Shown here: positions 1 to 9,098 of the stretch, piece after piece
How the letters are laid out: each line of letters opens with the position of its first letter
How positions within the stretch are numbered: position 1 is the first letter of the stretch
NCBI GenBank assembly: GCA_013626165.1
Contig: NDHX01000008.1
Span: 3,316-67,315 of the forward strand
DNA: 64,000 nucleotides
From: Candidatus Velesiimonas alkalicola
GTDB taxonomy: Bacteria > Omnitrophota > Gorgyraeia > Velesiimonadales > Velesiimonadaceae
Direction of reading: 5' to 3'
Translations under genes and position numbers: made by a program
Notes under the pieces: model-generated
The model's database searches: none
Told to the model about the DNA's origin: nothing
What the model saw: only the letters and a program-made list of their open reading frames with translations

Positions 1-489
1 TTCTCCAATTGCACATCTGTCGCTTATTATAAGAATGGCAACTAAAATTCCTGCCTCATTCTCTATTTTTATTCTGTCTTTTACTCTTACCCTGCCTCCT
101 TTTAGAACCTTGGCAAATATCCCCTGGGAAGGCAAAATGCAGTTGCCCAATTTTTTATAGATTTTACACGGTCTTTTACAGGTCTTGCCTATCTGAGTTA
201 TCTCAATTAAAATGCTTTTTCCTATCTTAAGCCTTACGCCTTTTACCAAACTGGTAAGTTCTATGCCTGATGTGGTTAAATTTTCTCCAAAACCACCACA
301 GCCAATCTTCAAGCCCTTCCTTTCTATCTCCTCTAAGCTCTCACTGGCTAGAAGACTCAACTGTCTCAGGCCCGGACCAGCGTGCGCATCTCCTACCAGA
401 CCATAATTCTCTTTCAGTATTCCTTCCTTTACATCTTTCTTTGAAGTGCCTTTTTTAACACTTAGACAGACCGCTATAATCTCTCCCAT
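1..489 (-). CDS. MOSC-domain protein, 5' part of gene within window (start ATG at 489; runs off window start); C-terminal portion begins to resemble MogA/MoaB (ILVAILIISDRCAIGE)
   Basis: Minus-strand translation from 489: MGEIIAVCLSVKKG...GCGGFGENLTTSG... (MOSC GENL motif), open to position 1; not in ORF track because no stop in window. Confidence 0.55.
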   Translation of the reverse strand, partial: MGEIIAVCLSVKKGTSKKDVKEGILKENYGLVGDAHAGPGLRQLSLLASESLEEIERKGLKIGCGGFGENLTTSGIELTSLVKGVRLKIGKSILIEITQIGKTCKRPCKIYKKLGNCILPSQGIFAKVLKGGRVRVKDRIKIENEAGILVAILIISDRCAIGE

Positions 490-566
490 CTTAATCTCCT
501 TGCGCCGCTTATTTAACTTCTTCCATTGAATTTTCTAGCGAGCCTAAAAGCCCCTCACACTACGGG

Positions 567-1010
567 CTACAGTTTTCTCTTAAAAAGTTCTCCGCTTTCA
601 CCTCCTTTTTTCTCCAGGAGCATAATATCGGCGATCTCTATTGACCTATCGTACATTTTACACATATCGTAAATGGTCAAAGCGGAAACTGCACAAGCCA
701 CCAGCGCTTCCATCTCAACCCCGGTTCTATCCATAGCCACTACATAAGAAACGATTCTAATTCCAGAATTAAAATAAGTAAAAGAGATTTTGATATCTAA
801 AATAGCCAGTGGATGGCAGAGTGGAATAATATCTGATGTTCTCTTGGAAGCCATTATACCGGCCAGCCTGGCCTGTTCCAGAACATCTCCTTTTAGAATT
901 TGGCCCTCCTTTATCAGGGTTAAAACTCTTTTCTTCAATTTGACAACTGCCTGTGCCGTGGCCTTTCTTCTGGTTATCTCTTTCTTGCTTATATCAACCA
1001 GACCATTCAA
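567..1010 (-). CDS. moaC: Cyclic pyranopterin monophosphate synthase MoaC
   Basis: 147 aa with ...IIPLCHPLAILDIK... typical of MoaC; in Moco operon. Confidence 0.9.
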   Translation of the reverse strand: MNGLVDISKKEITRRKATAQAVVKLKKRVLTLIKEGQILKGDVLEQARLAGIMASKRTSDIIPLCHPLAILDIKISFTYFNSGIRIVSYVVAMDRTGVEMEALVACAVSALTIYDMCKMYDRSIEIADIMLLEKKGGESGELFKRKL

Positions 1011-1033
1011 TCTATCCCGAACCTCTTTGATAT

Positions 1034-2029
1034 TTAGCCTCCAATATAACTCATCGTAAACTCATACCTTTTTGCTCTTTTTCTTGACTCGTTTAAAAAT
1101 TCATTTCTAACGGGTCTTGAGTATTCTGGTTTTTCCATTATAAGTTTTTCTATTTCTCTTTTAATCTCTTCTGAAGGCATGTTTGCCCTTAACATTTTTT
1201 TAAGATTTAAGGAGAACGGGGAGAAAAGACAGGGGTATAATCGGCCATCTGAGCTGAGGCGCAACCGATTACATTTGGTGCAAAAAGGCTCACTATTTGT
1301 GTTTATAAAACCTACTCTGGCTTTTGCCCCGTTTATTCTATAATTTATTGCAGGACCATTGCCTGCACTATCTGCGGGCAGAAGTTTTCCAAACTGTTTC
1401 TCCAGAATCTTTTTTATAACTTCGTTAGGAATAAACCTTTTTTCCAGACCTAAGAACTCTCTCCTTGTGGAAAAATATTCTATAAATCTAACATCTATAC
1501 CGAAATTCAAGGTTAGTTTGGCAAAGTCAATTATTTCATCATCATTGAGCCCTCTTAAAATAATGGTATTTACCTTCAGATGAATAAACCTCTGAGCATC
1601 CTTTATTGAATCCCAAACTTTATCAAAGAGGTCAAACCCGGTAAACTCTTTATACCTGTCCCTTTTTAGTGTACTGAGACTTATATTTACCCGGCTTAAA
1701 CCTGCATGGAGAAGAGAGATCAGTCTGCGCCCTAAAAGGATACCGTTGGTTGTCATACTTATCTGAAATATCTTATCTTCAGAACTTATCATTTTGATAA
1801 GATTTTCAATATTGCGTCTTACCAGAGGTTCGCCCCCGGTTAGCCGCACCTTTTTAATTCCCAATTTGGCCAATATCTTAACCAGAGAGGCTATTTCTTC
1901 ATAACGCAATATCTCGTAGCCGGGAATATAATCTTTCCTCACCATTTGTGGCAGGCAGGCGGAAGGCAAGCAGTAGAAGCAGTTTAAGTTGCAACGGTCA
2001 GTAACCGAAATCCGCAAGTAATCTACCAT
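1034..2029 (-). CDS. moaA: GTP 3',8-cyclase MoaA (radical SAM)
   Basis: CNLNCFYC radical-SAM motif near N-term, C-terminal Cys cluster, 331 aa. Confidence 0.9.
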   Translation of the reverse strand: MVDYLRISVTDRCNLNCFYCLPSACLPQMVRKDYIPGYEILRYEEIASLVKILAKLGIKKVRLTGGEPLVRRNIENLIKMISSEDKIFQISMTTNGILLGRRLISLLHAGLSRVNISLSTLKRDRYKEFTGFDLFDKVWDSIKDAQRFIHLKVNTIILRGLNDDEIIDFAKLTLNFGIDVRFIEYFSTRREFLGLEKRFIPNEVIKKILEKQFGKLLPADSAGNGPAINYRINGAKARVGFINTNSEPFCTKCNRLRLSSDGRLYPCLFSPFSLNLKKMLRANMPSEEIKREIEKLIMEKPEYSRPVRNEFLNESRKRAKRYEFTMSYIGG

Positions 2030-3216
2030 AGAAAAACCTCCGCAGAGGAGTTCTTTTCAAGAAAGGTGATGGAGTCTGGAATTATCATAAAACCATCGGC
2101 TTTGACCAGAGAGATTATATCTGCAGAACCGTGATATTCTCTTAACGGATAGATGGTATGCCTGTTGCCCTGCATTTTAATTTTAGCCGGAACAAACCTC
2201 TTTCTGCCCGGTCTTTGAGAATAATCAGATGTGACTGTTCCTTTTCTTAAGTTAAGATTAAGAGTTGTCCCCATCATTCTATTTATGGCAAGCCTTATTA
2301 AGGTTAAAAAGAGAAGATATGTAGAGACCGGGTTGCCCGGCACTCCAAAGATTAAATGCTCGCCTTTTTGCCCAAAAAATAACGGTTTACCCGGCGTTAT
2401 GGCTAATTTATGAAATATCTTCTTGACGCCGCATTTTTCCAAAGCAGCTGGCACCAAATCATAATCTCCCACAGAGACGCCCCCGGAAATTATAAATATG
2501 TCAGAAGAAAGTCCTTTTCTTATCTTACAAATAAGGTTTTTTTCCTTGTCTTTAACTATTCCCAGATAGTCTGGACTGATCCCCATTTTTTTAAGAAGAG
2601 CAATAAGCATAGGACCATTGGAGTTTCGTATTTTACCAAAAGTGACCTTTTTGTCAGGCTCAACGAGCTCATCACCTGTACTTAAAACAGAGACCTTAGG
2701 TCTTCTGTAAACTTGCACTTTACTTTTACCAACAGCGGCGCAGACAGCAACCTCCGGACCTCTTAAAACGGCCCCCTTCCTTAGGATGATTCTTCCCTTT
2801 TGGACATCTTCTCCTTTGAAGCAGACATTCTCTCCAAAAGATGGCTTTTTCATAATCTTTATGTAATTGTTTTTTAGAGTCTCGATATCCTCCATTTTTA
2901 CCACACAGTCAGTCCTTTTAGGAAGAGGTGCTCCTGTCATAATTTTCAAACATTCTGTTTTTTTAAGTTTATCCGGCTCATACTCCCCGGCTCTTATCTC
3001 CGACTTCACCTTCAAAACTGCTGGAACATTTTTTATCTGTCTGTGGGAGAAGGCATAACCATCCATTGCTGATTTATTAAAGGGAGGGACATCCATATCA
3101 GAGGCTATTTCTTCAGCCAAAACCCGGTCCATGGCTTCTTCAATCCTTACTGTCTCTCTGCCAAGCCTCTTTATCTTTTTGAGAATTAATCTTTGTGCCT
3201 CTTCAAACTTAATCAT
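2023..3216 (-). CDS. moeA: Molybdopterin molybdenum/tungsten-transferase MoeA
   Basis: 397 aa, GGVSVGDYD motif, MoeA fold; overlaps moaA by 7 nt. Confidence 0.85.
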   Translation of the reverse strand: MIKFEEAQRLILKKIKRLGRETVRIEEAMDRVLAEEIASDMDVPPFNKSAMDGYAFSHRQIKNVPAVLKVKSEIRAGEYEPDKLKKTECLKIMTGAPLPKRTDCVVKMEDIETLKNNYIKIMKKPSFGENVCFKGEDVQKGRIILRKGAVLRGPEVAVCAAVGKSKVQVYRRPKVSVLSTGDELVEPDKKVTFGKIRNSNGPMLIALLKKMGISPDYLGIVKDKEKNLICKIRKGLSSDIFIISGGVSVGDYDLVPAALEKCGVKKIFHKLAITPGKPLFFGQKGEHLIFGVPGNPVSTYLLFLTLIRLAINRMMGTTLNLNLRKGTVTSDYSQRPGRKRFVPAKIKMQGNRHTIYPLREYHGSADIISLVKADGFMIIPDSITFLEKNSSAEVFLW

Positions 3217-3227
3217 TTTATCTTCTT

Positions 3228-3995
3228 TTACAAGGTAATTCTCTCTTCACCCGCATAGATATTCATCCTTTTTCCTCTTACAAAGCCAACCAGGGTCAGG
3301 TTTCTTTCCCTGGCTATTTTAACCGCCTGGTCAGTAGGAGCGCTCCTTGTAACAAGGACGGGTATGTCACATCTGATTGCTTTAAGTACAATCTCCGAAG
3401 ATAGGCGGCCGGAAGTAAGCATGATTGAGTTTTTCATTTTAAAATTTTTAAGAAGCGCCTCTCCAATAACCTTATCCAGAGCATTGTGGCGTCCAATATC
3501 CTCCATAAATATTTCTATATTCTCTCCCGTAGTCAAAGCAGCACTATGAACACCCCCTGTCCTTTGAAAAGAGATAGAGGACCTGTGAAACTGAACCATA
3601 ATCTGAGAGATTTTTTCATGGTTTATCCTTAGTTTGGAATCAAGCCTCTTTCTGTCAACCGCATCTGCTGAGTAAAGAATTGTTCCTTTTCCGCATCCAG
3701 AAGTGAATACTCTTTTAAATATTTCTTCTCCCCTATTATTTTTTCTTTTGGTTGCCACCGCCGCAGTCCACCTCTTGTCATCTGTGGTAAGTTGTTTTAT
3801 CTCATTATTCCCGGCGATAAGACCCAGAGAATAAAGAAATCCGACTACTAATTCTTTTAACTTATTTGGGCTGCATAAAAGAGTTGCCAACTCTTTGCCA
3901 TTATAGTAAATGGTCAAGGGTATCTCTTCGGTTACCACATCCTTAACCACCCTTCTTTCTCCCTTATCAATCTTGTTTATCCAAACCTCTTCCAT
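3228..3995 (-). CDS. fdhD: Formate dehydrogenase accessory sulfurtransferase FdhD
   Basis: TSGCGKGT and HSAALT...DIGRHNALDK motifs. Start moved to MEEVW (3995); the longer track ORF (to 4034) reads through an upstream repeat array. Confidence 0.8.
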   Translation of the reverse strand: MEEVWINKIDKGERRVVKDVVTEEIPLTIYYNGKELATLLCSPNKLKELVVGFLYSLGLIAGNNEIKQLTTDDKRWTAAVATKRKNNRGEEIFKRVFTSGCGKGTILYSADAVDRKRLDSKLRINHEKISQIMVQFHRSSISFQRTGGVHSAALTTGENIEIFMEDIGRHNALDKVIGEALLKNFKMKNSIMLTSGRLSSEIVLKAIRCDIPVLVTRSAPTDQAVKIARERNLTLVGFVRGKRMNIYAGEERITL

Positions 3996-4002
3996 ATTCA
4001 CA

Positions 4003-4056
4003 TCAGAGCACCAGAGCACCAGCGCACCAGTCACCAGAACACCTGGGCACCAGACC
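4003..4056. repeat. 8-bp-period GAGCACCA tandem array (GGT/GGTGC-rich hairpin-repeat family, copy A)
   Basis: agagcaccagagcaccagcgcaccagtcaccagaacacctgggcaccagacc between mobA and fdhD. Confidence 0.7.
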
Positions 4057-4104
4057 TTTATAAGCTTTCCTAATCTTTCTACATTTCTTCATTGAAATTC
4101 CGAC

Positions 4105-4767
4105 TCATTCCCCTTTTTTCAAAAGGGGTGGCAACGAAGTTGACGGGGTATTTATATTCAAAAATGAGTTTTTTTCCTCTTTTCCTACATCTACGTACTT
4201 ACATTTACAACCATAATTCTTAAAAAGATGTTTTACTGAAAAATCCTTCCCCTTAAGCGTCTTTTCAATCTTGGGAAGAAGGGTTTTTGAATAGAGAGCA
4301 TGCAGGGGTTCCAATCCACCGTTCAAACAGGGAACTATACAATCTACGCTTTCTTTCTCTGAAACATTGCAGTGTGACCCTTTTAAGGTCGTCGCCCCTA
4401 CGAAAGTAGAGTCTTCGGCCTCTATAAGTGACAGGATTCTTTTTATTAAACCATTGTGCAAAAATGGCATATCTACAGCTAAAAAAAACCCCCACTGTTT
4501 TGTTATCGTTTTTAAGCCAGTATAGATACCGCCGAGGGGTCCATACCCCTTGACCAGGTCCTCAACTATCTTAATTTCTTTAAATTCTCTAAAAAGTTCC
4601 TTATCATTGGTGACTATAAGTATCTCCTCAAAAAAGGATTTCAATACATCCAGAATCCTACTTATAACCCTTTTACCATTTATAGTTAAAAGCTCTTTCG
4701 GAAATCCCATCCTTTTGCTCTTTCCTCCTGCCAGAACCACCCCCGCCGCAACATCTCTGTATATCAT
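4105..4767 (-). CDS. mobA: Molybdenum cofactor guanylyltransferase MobA
   Basis: VVLAGGKSKRMG N-terminal motif. Start taken at MIYRDV; ~35-aa Cys-containing C-terminal extension. Confidence 0.8.
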   Translation of the reverse strand: MIYRDVAAGVVLAGGKSKRMGFPKELLTINGKRVISRILDVLKSFFEEILIVTNDKELFREFKEIKIVEDLVKGYGPLGGIYTGLKTITKQWGFFLAVDMPFLHNGLIKRILSLIEAEDSTFVGATTLKGSHCNVSEKESVDCIVPCLNGGLEPLHALYSKTLLPKIEKTLKGKDFSVKHLFKNYGCKCKYVDVGKEEKNSFLNINTPSTSLPPLLKKGE

Positions 4768-4786
4768 ATTGCTCTTTCCCTTCTTT

Positions 4787-6571
4787 TCACTTGTTTTCTG
4801 CATTGTTTCTTAATTTCTCTATTCGTACCGCACAGACCTTAGTCTCGGGGGTTTTAGCAATAGGGTCCAGAGCCGGGTTGGTAAGCACATTGGTGGGGCT
4901 TTCAGCAAAGTGGAAGGTCATTGAGACCAGACCCGGTGGTGAGTCCTCTGTCACCTTGGCTTTAGCCATCACTTCTCCCCGACGAGAAACCACCCGTACC
5001 ATTTCACCATCACAGATCCTAAGTTTGGTGGCATCCTTTGGATTCATCTCTACCTGCTCCTGAGCCATCAATATGTTAAGACCATCCACCTTCCGCGATA
5101 AGGTCCCATGATACTGATAAAGGCAGCGCCCGGTGGTAAGGACCAGGGGATACACCTTATCTGGAATTTCTGCCGACGGCTTATACTCTAAGGGGGTAAA
5201 TTTACCCTTACCGTTGGTAGTGCGAAACTGCCCAATGTGAAGAATCGGTGTCCCGGGGTGTTCCCGGTTAGGACAGGGCCACTGCAAACTTTCGTTCTCC
5301 AGGCGCTCGTAAGATATGCCCTTGTAACTGGGAGTAAGGGAGGCGATTTCCTCAAAGATCTCGGCAGGATGGTTAAAATCAAAGCCCTTGCCGCCCAATC
5401 TTCTCGCTATCTGGCAGGTGATCCACCAATCTGGGCGTGAATTACCAACGGGTTCTATCGCTTTACGCACCCGTTGGATGCGTCGCTCACTATTAGTAAA
5501 AGTGCCGTCCTTCTCAGCAAAACTCACCGCTGGTAAGACAATATCAGCAAATTTAGCTGTCTCGTTCAGGAAGATGTCCTGGGCAATAATGAATTCTATG
5601 GTTTTGAGTCCCTCCCGAACCTGCTTGGAATCAGCTACACTCAACACCGGGTCAACACCAATAACATAAAGGGCTTTAATCTTTCCCAAAACCGCTGCCG
5701 GCCATATTTCAGTAAGTGTCAATCCTGACTCAGGATTAAGGTTCACGCCCCAGGCAGTCTCAAATTTCTTTCTAATGGTTTCGTCAGATACCATTTGGTA
5801 GCCAGGATAAACACTGGGTAGGCAACCCATATCGCAAGCACCCTGGACATTGTTCTGTCCCCGCAGTGGATTGACCCCTGAGGAAGGTTTGCCGATATTC
5901 CCGGTCAGCATCACCAAATTAGCCAGGGCAAATACATTATCAGTGCCGTGGGAGTGTTGAGTAATGCCCATAGACCAAAGAGTGGTTGCCGGCTTACTGC
6001 CTGCATAGATTCTGGCAGCATCAACTATCTTCCCCTTGGGAACGCCCGTGATTCGTTCAACCATGCTTAAGTCAAAGTTATTTAGTGACTTTTTAAATTC
6101 ATCAAAGTTCTCGCAACGCTCTTCAATAAAGGCAGTATCAACCAATCCCTCATCAACAATCACCCGGCTCATGCCCATAAGCAGAGCAACATCACTACCC
6201 GGCCACTGCTGTAGCCAGATATCAGCAAAGCGACACAGGTCAATATATCTTGGGTTAGCTACAATGAGTTTGGCTCCGTTTTGAGTTGCCTTTTTTACTC
6301 GCAATCCAATTATTGGATGGGCCTCTGTGGTATTAGTGCCTATAGCCAGTATGCACTTAGCATCACTAATCTCACTTATGGGATTGGTCATTGCTCCACT
6401 GCCAATTACGCCTAATAGCCCCGCCATATCATCTCTGCCGGGACAGGGATTGCCATAAGATATGCCGAGAGAGGGGATGTTGACATGCTCCTGGTGCATG
6501 ACAGGGTGCGTGAGGACAGGTTCGTGAAAGACGGGTATGGCGTGAACAGGAGATGCATCGCATACAACCAC
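4787..6571 (-). CDS. Formate dehydrogenase alpha / molybdopterin (tungstopterin) oxidoreductase catalytic subunit, Cys-type. N-terminal Fe-S domain missing (truncated, possible pseudogene)
   Basis: Aligns with FdhF from the U140 region onward (NPCPGRDDMAGLLGVIGSGAMTN...GAKLIVANPR...), C-terminal MopB dinucleotide-binding domain present. No CxxCxxxC...C N-terminal cluster; GTG start; 5' end overlaps tupA remnant. Confidence 0.75.
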   Translation of the reverse strand: MVVCDASPVHAIPVFHEPVLTHPVMHQEHVNIPSLGISYGNPCPGRDDMAGLLGVIGSGAMTNPISEISDAKCILAIGTNTTEAHPIIGLRVKKATQNGAKLIVANPRYIDLCRFADIWLQQWPGSDVALLMGMSRVIVDEGLVDTAFIEERCENFDEFKKSLNNFDLSMVERITGVPKGKIVDAARIYAGSKPATTLWSMGITQHSHGTDNVFALANLVMLTGNIGKPSSGVNPLRGQNNVQGACDMGCLPSVYPGYQMVSDETIRKKFETAWGVNLNPESGLTLTEIWPAAVLGKIKALYVIGVDPVLSVADSKQVREGLKTIEFIIAQDIFLNETAKFADIVLPAVSFAEKDGTFTNSERRIQRVRKAIEPVGNSRPDWWITCQIARRLGGKGFDFNHPAEIFEEIASLTPSYKGISYERLENESLQWPCPNREHPGTPILHIGQFRTTNGKGKFTPLEYKPSAEIPDKVYPLVLTTGRCLYQYHGTLSRKVDGLNILMAQEQVEMNPKDATKLRICDGEMVRVVSRRGEVMAKAKVTEDSPPGLVSMTFHFAESPTNVLTNPALDPIAKTPETKVCAVRIEKLRNNAENK

Positions 6572-7159
6572 TTTCTTATTGTGGGACCAGCAGATGACCC
6601 GGCAGGCATCAGAGGAATGAGCCCGGAGAATGCGGTTACAAGGATAATGGGGGCAGGTATGAAGGATCCAAAAATTCAGTTTGTTTCACGGGGAGACAGT
6701 TCTGGTACACATACAAGAGAGAAACTGATATGGAAGAGCGCTGGCTACAATGTTGAGATGGTGAGAGACTCAGGGAAATGGTATGTAGAGGCCGGGAAAG
6801 GCATGGGAGCAACGCTGGTGATGGCCAGTGAGAAATCCGCCCATACATTGATAGATATTGGGACATTTCTGGCATTTGCTGGCGATGTGAATTTGGTTCC
6901 GCTCGTTGAGGAGGGAGACACCTTGTTAAATCCATATGGAGCGATTGCGGTAAATCCAGAGTTGCACCCACATGTGAACTTCAAGATGGCAAACAATTTC
7001 ATAAGATTCCTGATATCACCAGAAACGCAGCAAATAATTGGTGAGTTTGGCATAAAGGAGCACGGAAGACCTTTGTTCTTTCCATTGGCCGGCAACTGTA
7101 AGAAGATAGGATGTCCCACATGGAAAAAGTGTTTGTTATTGCAGATAGATACTAAATGA
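6485..7159 (+). CDS. tupA: Tungstate ABC transporter substrate-binding protein TupA-like, N-terminally truncated (no signal peptide; likely pseudogene)
   Basis: LLVHDRVREDRFVKDGYGVN..FLIVGPADDPAGI...SRGDSSGTHTREKL. TupA-like similarity appears to continue upstream only to an in-frame stop at 6416-6418 (from-memory recall, low confidence). Confidence 0.6.
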   Translation: MLLVHDRVREDRFVKDGYGVNRRCIAYNHFLIVGPADDPAGIRGMSPENAVTRIMGAGMKDPKIQFVSRGDSSGTHTREKLIWKSAGYNVEMVRDSGKWYVEAGKGMGATLVMASEKSAHTLIDIGTFLAFAGDVNLVPLVEEGDTLLNPYGAIAVNPELHPHVNFKMANNFIRFLISPETQQIIGEFGIKEHGRPLFFPLAGNCKKIGCPTWKKCLLLQIDTK

Positions 7160-7842
7160 ATGAGATAACGACAGGACTCCTGAAGGCGATTGAGCTCATA
7201 GTTACACTTGACCCTGAGGTTATGAATATAGCCGGCAGAAGTCTGGCTATCTCTTTGACCGCTACCCTTCTTGCCTCCCTTGGGTGTATATTTTTAGGAG
7301 GTCTGGTCCACTTCCACAATTTCACCGGCAAGCGAATCCTGATCAATTTCATCCAGACGCTCTACAGCCTTCCAACCGTTACCGTTGGGCTTTTTGTTTT
7401 TTTGCTATTATCAAGGGCGGGGCCGCTTGGCATCTTCGGCTTGCTTTTCACACCAACCGGAATGGTAATAGGGCAGATGATATTGATTTCGCCCATTATG
7501 ACGGGCTTTACCATTTCAGCCCTCAGCGCTGTTGGCCCTCAGATAAAGGACACTGCCATATCGCTTGGGGCAAGCAATTTTCAAGCAATCTTTGTTATTA
7601 TAAAAGAGGCGAGGTTTGCTATCCTGGCTGCTGTGGTGTTGGGCTTTGGGAGAGCAATATCCGAAGTCGGTATTGCCATTATGATCGGTGGGAATATAAG
7701 AGGATTCACCAGGGTATTCACCAGTGCCATCGCCCTAGAAACAGCGAAGGGAAACATAGAACTCTCAATAGCGCTGGGAATTATTCTTATGTCACTGGCG
7801 CTGGTGATTAATTTACTTTTAGGCCGGATACAACAGGGGTAA
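7156..7842 (+). CDS. tupB: Tungstate/molybdate ABC transporter permease TupB
   Basis: 228 aa polytopic membrane protein with ABC permease EAA-like region (AISLGASNFQAIF...), operonic with tupA/tupC. Confidence 0.8.
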   Translation: MNEITTGLLKAIELIVTLDPEVMNIAGRSLAISLTATLLASLGCIFLGGLVHFHNFTGKRILINFIQTLYSLPTVTVGLFVFLLLSRAGPLGIFGLLFTPTGMVIGQMILISPIMTGFTISALSAVGPQIKDTAISLGASNFQAIFVIIKEARFAILAAVVLGFGRAISEVGIAIMIGGNIRGFTRVFTSAIALETAKGNIELSIALGIILMSLALVINLLLGRIQQG

Positions 7843-7849
7843 GAAGAAT

Positions 7850-8974
7850 ATGCCTTTAATAGAGGTTTGCGGACTGTATAAAAGATATGGCAAGACAGAG
7901 GTCTTGAAAAATGTGAGTTTTGGTGTTGAGCAAGGCGAAACCCTGGCGATCATAGGGCCTATAGGCACCGGAAAGACCACACTCTTGCGGCTGCTGAATT
8001 TACTTGATACCCCCACAGACGGCAAAGTGTTATTTGACGGCCTGGATACCACAAATGTAAGCGAGAAGATTAAGTTAAATGCTCGCCGGCGCATGGCAAT
8101 GGTATCTCAAAAGCCAGTGGTATTTAACGCTAATGTCTACAGCAACATAGCATATGGTTTAAAGGTGAGGCGAGAGAGTAATATTTATGAAAAAGTTACC
8201 AATGCACTGGAGATGGTCGGCCTTTCCAGATATAAAAATAGAAAAGCGCCCACTCTGTCAGGAGGAGAGATGCAGAGGGTGGCCCTGGCACGAGCGATGG
8301 TGGTAGATCCTGAGGTTTTACTGTTGGATGAGCCGACGGCGAATCTCGACCCCAGAAGCGTTGATATAATAGAAGGGATGATAATGCGCCTTGGGCATCA
8401 CATCGCCATACTAATGACAACACATGATATGACTCAAGGACAGCGTTTGGCACACCGGATAGGTGTGTTGATTGACGGTGAAATTATACAGATGGGAAAA
8501 CCATGGGAGGTTTTTACCAGGCCGGAGAATATGCAAGTGGCTAAATTCGTCGGGATGGAAAACATTATAAAGGGCACCGTCAAATGGAATGAAGGTGGGG
8601 TCGTTGGCATAGATGTTAACGGAAAAATCATAGAGGGCATCTCAGATTATCATATTGGCGAAGAGGTGTATGTGTTTATCAGACCGGAAGACATCACTCT
8701 TGCCTTATCCATTATCTCAAGTAGTGCCCGTAATGTGTATGCCGGGGAAATAAGGTTGATAACTTTTTTGGGGCCACTTGCCCGCGTTGAGTTAAGTTGT
8801 AATTTTCCTCTTGTGGGGCTGATCACTAAGGCATCAACTCAGGAGATGGAATTGAAAGTTGGTAAATGTGTTTATGCCTCATTTAAAGCCGCGGCTGTTC
8901 ATATTATCAAATGTTGTTGTTTTTTTATTTTTAACACATTACTATATTACTATTATTATTTTATATATAAATAA
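7850..8974 (+). CDS. tupC: Tungstate/molybdate ABC transporter ATP-binding protein with C-terminal TOBE domain (TupC/ModC-like)
   Basis: Walker A GPIGTGKTT, signature LSGGEMQRVALARA, Walker B LLLDEPT; last ~20 aa are read-through of AT-rich spacer. Confidence 0.8.
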   Translation: MPLIEVCGLYKRYGKTEVLKNVSFGVEQGETLAIIGPIGTGKTTLLRLLNLLDTPTDGKVLFDGLDTTNVSEKIKLNARRRMAMVSQKPVVFNANVYSNIAYGLKVRRESNIYEKVTNALEMVGLSRYKNRKAPTLSGGEMQRVALARAMVVDPEVLLLDEPTANLDPRSVDIIEGMIMRLGHHIAILMTTHDMTQGQRLAHRIGVLIDGEIIQMGKPWEVFTRPENMQVAKFVGMENIIKGTVKWNEGGVVGIDVNGKIIEGISDYHIGEEVYVFIRPEDITLALSIISSSARNVYAGEIRLITFLGPLARVELSCNFPLVGLITKASTQEMELKVGKCVYASFKAAAVHIIKCCCFFIFNTLLYYYYYFIYK

Positions 8975-9098
8975 TAATAATAGTAATATACCTTGTTAAA
9001 TTGTTAAAAATAATATAACCTTATTATATCTATATTATTATAATATATAAATCCTGTTTATAAAACTTAAAGTTTTTAGTAATTTTAATATATTTTTA
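8940..9098. other. ~160 bp, ~90% AT spacer between convergent tupC and dnaA containing a ~40 bp near-perfect palindrome (ttactattattatt...taataatagtaa): candidate DNA-unwinding element / bidirectional terminator
   Basis: Direct reading; location immediately downstream of dnaA is a classical oriC position. Confidence 0.4.

Noticed and set aside
212-458. Plus-strand ORFs 212-406 and 270-458
   Set aside because: Antisense to the MOSC-domain gene whose translation has clear family motifs.
6496-6545. Apparent 3 x 15-bp tandem repeat (gtgcgtgaggacagg / ttcgtgaaagacggg / tatggcgtgaacagg) near the fdhA/tupA overlap
   Set aside because: Lies in the plus-strand tupA ORF (VREDR / FVKDG / YGVNR); explained by similar consecutive codon strings in the TupA-like reading frame rather than a junction repeat.
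6636-7119. Minus-strand ORFs 6636-6971 and 6745-7119 (and many other antisense ORFs such as 5237-5440, 7284-7811, 36379-36702, 63288-63578)
   Set aside because: Overlap well-supported genes on the opposite strand or in another frame, low-complexity translations, no motifs.
8915-8974. C-terminal CCCFFIFNTLLYYYYYFIYK tail of tupC as a domain
   Set aside because: Read-through of the AT-rich spacer until the first stop; not a real domain.
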